The notes beneath the pieces are model-generated. The model was not told where the DNA came from and ran no database searches. It saw only the letters and a program-made list of their open reading frames with translations. A stretch of 17,028 nt of DNA, taken from positions 1 through 17,028 of the forward strand of contig JBNJFB010000049.1 in the NCBI GenBank assembly GCA_051746405.1, read 5' to 3'. Below, in pieces: positions 14,608 to 17,028 of the stretch. The position numbers and the translations under genes were made by a program. This DNA comes from Campylobacterota bacterium. Lineage in GTDB: Bacteria > Campylobacterota > Campylobacteria > Campylobacterales > Arcobacteraceae. How positions within the stretch are numbered: position 1 is the stretch's first letter; the number at the start of each line of letters is the position of its first letter.

Positions 14608-16575
14608 ATGAAACACCATGACCATACACACCATCATAAAATGATGATTGTAGATTTTAAAAAGAGATTCTTTATATCTTTAGTTGTTACAATACCAATA
14701 CTATTACTATCCCCAATGGTACAAGATATTCTTTCATTTAATTTATCTTTTATGTATGATAAATATCTACTTTTTACTTTATCAACCTTTATTTATGTCT
14801 ATGGTGGTAAACCATTTTTAATTGGCTTAAAAGATGAGCTAGCTAAAAAAACACCAGGAATGATGACACTTATAGCAGTAGCTATTAGTGTAGCTTTTCT
14901 ATATAGCACTGCTACAACTTTTGGAATGGAAGGTAAAAGCTTCTTTTGGGAGCTTGCTACTTTAATTGATGTGATGCTTTTAGGGCACTGGATTGAGATG
15001 AAGTCTGTTGTTCATGCATCTAACTCTTTAGAAAAGTTAGTTGAACTCATACCAACGCAAGCGAATTTGATTGAAAAAAAAGAGACAAAAAGAGTATCTG
15101 TAGATAAACTAAAAAAAGATGATAAAGTTTTAGTTCAACCAGGTGAGAGAATTCCTGTAGATGGTTTTATAATTGAAGGTGAAAGTAATGTCAATGAATC
15201 TATGGTCACAGGTGAATCAAAACCTGTAAAAAAATCCAAAGATAGTAAAGTAATAGGAGGAACAATCAACGGCAATGGCTCTTTAACAATTAATGTAAAA
15301 GGAGTTGGGAAAGATTCATATCTTAGTCGTGTGATTGATATGGTACAAGAAGCAGGTGAGAAAAAAAGCAAAACACAAAACCTCGCAGATAAAATAGCTT
15401 TTTGGCTAACAATTACCTCTTTAAGTGTTGGTTTTATGACTTTAGTTATTTGGTTAGCTTTAGGTAAAGAGCTTGTATTTGCACTAGAAAGAATGGCAAG
15501 TGTTATGGTTATTACCTGTCCCCATGCCCTTGGTCTTGCAGTACCATTAGTAGTAGCTATATCTACAGCTGTTTCTGCAAAAAATGGATTACTTATAAGA
15601 AATCGTTCTGCATTTGAAAATGCTAGAAAAATCTCTTTGATAGCCTTTGATAAAACAGGAACTCTTACAAAAGGTGATTTTGGAGTAACTAGATACAAAT
15701 CTACTGATACAAATAGAAGTGATGATGAACTTTTATCACTAATTGGTGCTTTAGAAAAAAACTCTGAACACCCTATAGCAATGGGAATTATAAATAAACT
15801 CAAAGAAAAAAATCTCTCAACAAAAGAAGTAGAAAAGTTTGATTCTATTGTAGGAGAAGGAATCAAAGGTATAGTTAACTCCCATGAAATAAAAATTGTA
15901 AACCCAAACTATCTTAAAAAAAGAGATATTCAAACTCCAAAAGATGCTATAAAAGATAAAAATGAAACAGTAATCATAGCCTTACAAAATGAAAAACCTA
16001 TTGGCTATGTTGCCCTATCTGATGAAATTAGAAAAGAGTCCTATCAAGCAATTAAAGATCTAAAAAACAGTGGTATTAAAGTTTACATGATTACAGGAGA
16101 TAATGAAAAAAGTGCAAAAGAAGTTAGTGATAAGCTATCACTTGATGGCTACTACTTTGATATCTTACCTGATAAAAAGTTAGAATTAATAGAAAAATTT
16201 CAAAAGAAAGGTGAGTTTGTAGCTATGACAGGTGATGGCATAAATGACGCTCCCGCACTTAAAAAAGCAGATATCGGTATTGCTGTGGGAAGTGGTACAG
16301 ATATCGCTTCTGATAGTGCTGATATTGTATTAGTAAATAGTAACCCAAAAGACATATCAGCACTAATCATGTTTGGTAAAGCCACTTATCGAAAAATGAT
16401 TGAAAACTTCATCTGGGCTACTGGATACAATATCGTAGCTATACCTCTTGCTGCAGGTGCTTTATATAGCTATGGTATTTTGATTAACCCAGCAGTTGGT
16501 GCAGTACTTATGAGTCTTAGTACAGTTATAGTAGCCATTAATGCTCAACTTCTTAAAAGAAAACTAAAGATTTAA
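14608..16575 (+). CDS. copB: Copper-translocating P1B-type ATPase, CopB-like (P1B-3)
   Basis: His-rich N-terminus MKHHDHTHHH, 'TGES', 'CPHALGLAVP', 'FDKTGTLT', 'SEHPIA', 'TGDN', 'GDGINDAPAL', 'YN' and 'MSLST' transmembrane metal ligands. Confidence 0.93.
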   Translation: MKHHDHTHHHKMMIVDFKKRFFISLVVTIPILLLSPMVQDILSFNLSFMYDKYLLFTLSTFIYVYGGKPFLIGLKDELAKKTPGMMTLIAVAISVAFLYSTATTFGMEGKSFFWELATLIDVMLLGHWIEMKSVVHASNSLEKLVELIPTQANLIEKKETKRVSVDKLKKDDKVLVQPGERIPVDGFIIEGESNVNESMVTGESKPVKKSKDSKVIGGTINGNGSLTINVKGVGKDSYLSRVIDMVQEAGEKKSKTQNLADKIAFWLTITSLSVGFMTLVIWLALGKELVFALERMASVMVITCPHALGLAVPLVVAISTAVSAKNGLLIRNRSAFENARKISLIAFDKTGTLTKGDFGVTRYKSTDTNRSDDELLSLIGALEKNSEHPIAMGIINKLKEKNLSTKEVEKFDSIVGEGIKGIVNSHEIKIVNPNYLKKRDIQTPKDAIKDKNETVIIALQNEKPIGYVALSDEIRKESYQAIKDLKNSGIKVYMITGDNEKSAKEVSDKLSLDGYYFDILPDKKLELIEKFQKKGEFVAMTGDGINDAPALKKADIGIAVGSGTDIASDSADIVLVNSNPKDISALIMFGKATYRKMIENFIWATGYNIVAIPLAAGALYSYGILINPAVGAVLMSLSTVIVAINAQLLKRKLKI

Positions 16576-16627
16576 AAATGTAAAATCAATATAAAATAAA
16601 TACAAAAATAAATTTTACGGGGTATCT

Positions 16628-16876
16628 ATGGCAATAAAAAATATTGTAATCGGTGGTTTCAATAAAGAACAAAGAGAAAAAGAGCTTGAAAAAATAAAAG
16701 CCAAACTTTCAAAAAAAGGCTATAAGTTTTTAAAGTTTGAAGAAAATGGTACGTTAAAATCAGTAGCTTCTTTTGAAGTAGATGAAGCAACTCTTAAAAA
16801 AGAGAAATCAAAGCAATTTATAATAATAGGTATTGTTTTAATAATAATTTTAATTTTTATTAATCTATCTATTTAA
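16628..16876 (+). CDS. Small hypothetical protein with a C-terminal transmembrane helix
   Basis: GGGG RBS before the ATG; charged soluble region of about 60 aa followed by hydrophobic 'FIIIGIVLIIILIFINLSI'. Confidence 0.75.
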   Translation: MAIKNIVIGGFNKEQREKELEKIKAKLSKKGYKFLKFEENGTLKSVASFEVDEATLKKEKSKQFIIIGIVLIIILIFINLSI

Positions 16877-16938
16877 TATAAAAATCCAAAAAGCCACATG
16901 AGAATTCTTTTTTCTAGTTTTCGTAAATCATCTAACAT
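16873..16938 (-). CDS. Candidate 21-aa small protein MLDDLRKLEKRILMWLFGFLY
   Basis: Hand translation. ATG at 16938 preceded by GGA (TGGATATAAA-ATG) and a perfect TATAAT at 16975-16970. Its stop overlaps the convergent gene's stop in a shared TTAA. Confidence 0.35.
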   Translation of the reverse strand: MLDDLRKLEKRILMWLFGFLY

Positions 16939-17028
16939 TTTATATCCATTTTGTTAATCTTTAATTAACATTATACATAGTTTTTGTTTAATTACACTTG
17001 TATATTTGAATAATACTTTATCTTTATT

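Noticed and set aside
15135..16385. Minus-strand ORFs of 243 aa and 61 aa
   Set aside because: Codon-mirror antisense frames of the P-type ATPase, a common artefact.
1..17028. CRISPR array, tRNA/rRNA, IS or prophage genes, phase-variable poly-G/C tracts, c-di-GMP riboswitch
   Set aside because: No repeat-spacer periodicity, GC-rich structured RNA, transposase or integrase motifs, or long G/C homopolymers were seen. The intergenic regions are short and show no recognisable riboswitch core, although an Infernal/Rfam scan would be needed to exclude one.

Overview
This is an AT-rich bacterial window. Gene content and protein style suggest Campylobacterota (Sulfurimonas- or Arcobacter-like), which is an inference. 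From 1 to 14131 there is a run of ten minus-strand genes, almost all signalling. In transcription order they are a CYTH-like protein, a c-heme (CXXCH) sensor diguanylate cyclase, and an apparent five-gene operon: RbsB-type periplasmic binding protein, membrane HAMP-PAS-degenerate GGDEF-EAL phosphodiesterase, REC-REC-PAS-GGDEF cyclase, PAS-GGDEF-EAL-CZB protein and stand-alone hemerythrin. These are followed by two tandem family-3 periplasmic binding proteins coupled to a hybrid histidine kinase, which the ORF track misses because it runs off the left edge. On the plus strand are a Tat-exported HiPIP, a CopB-type (CPH) P1B ATPase and a small membrane protein, facing a possible convergent 21-aa ORF. 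The most notable point is a dense c-di-GMP/phosphorelay island combining several predicted redox, O2 or metal sensors (two Aer-like PAS, CZB, hemerythrin, c-heme) with three solute-binding proteins that have no permease or ATPase in the window and probably act as receptors. No rRNA, tRNA, CRISPR or mobile element was seen.
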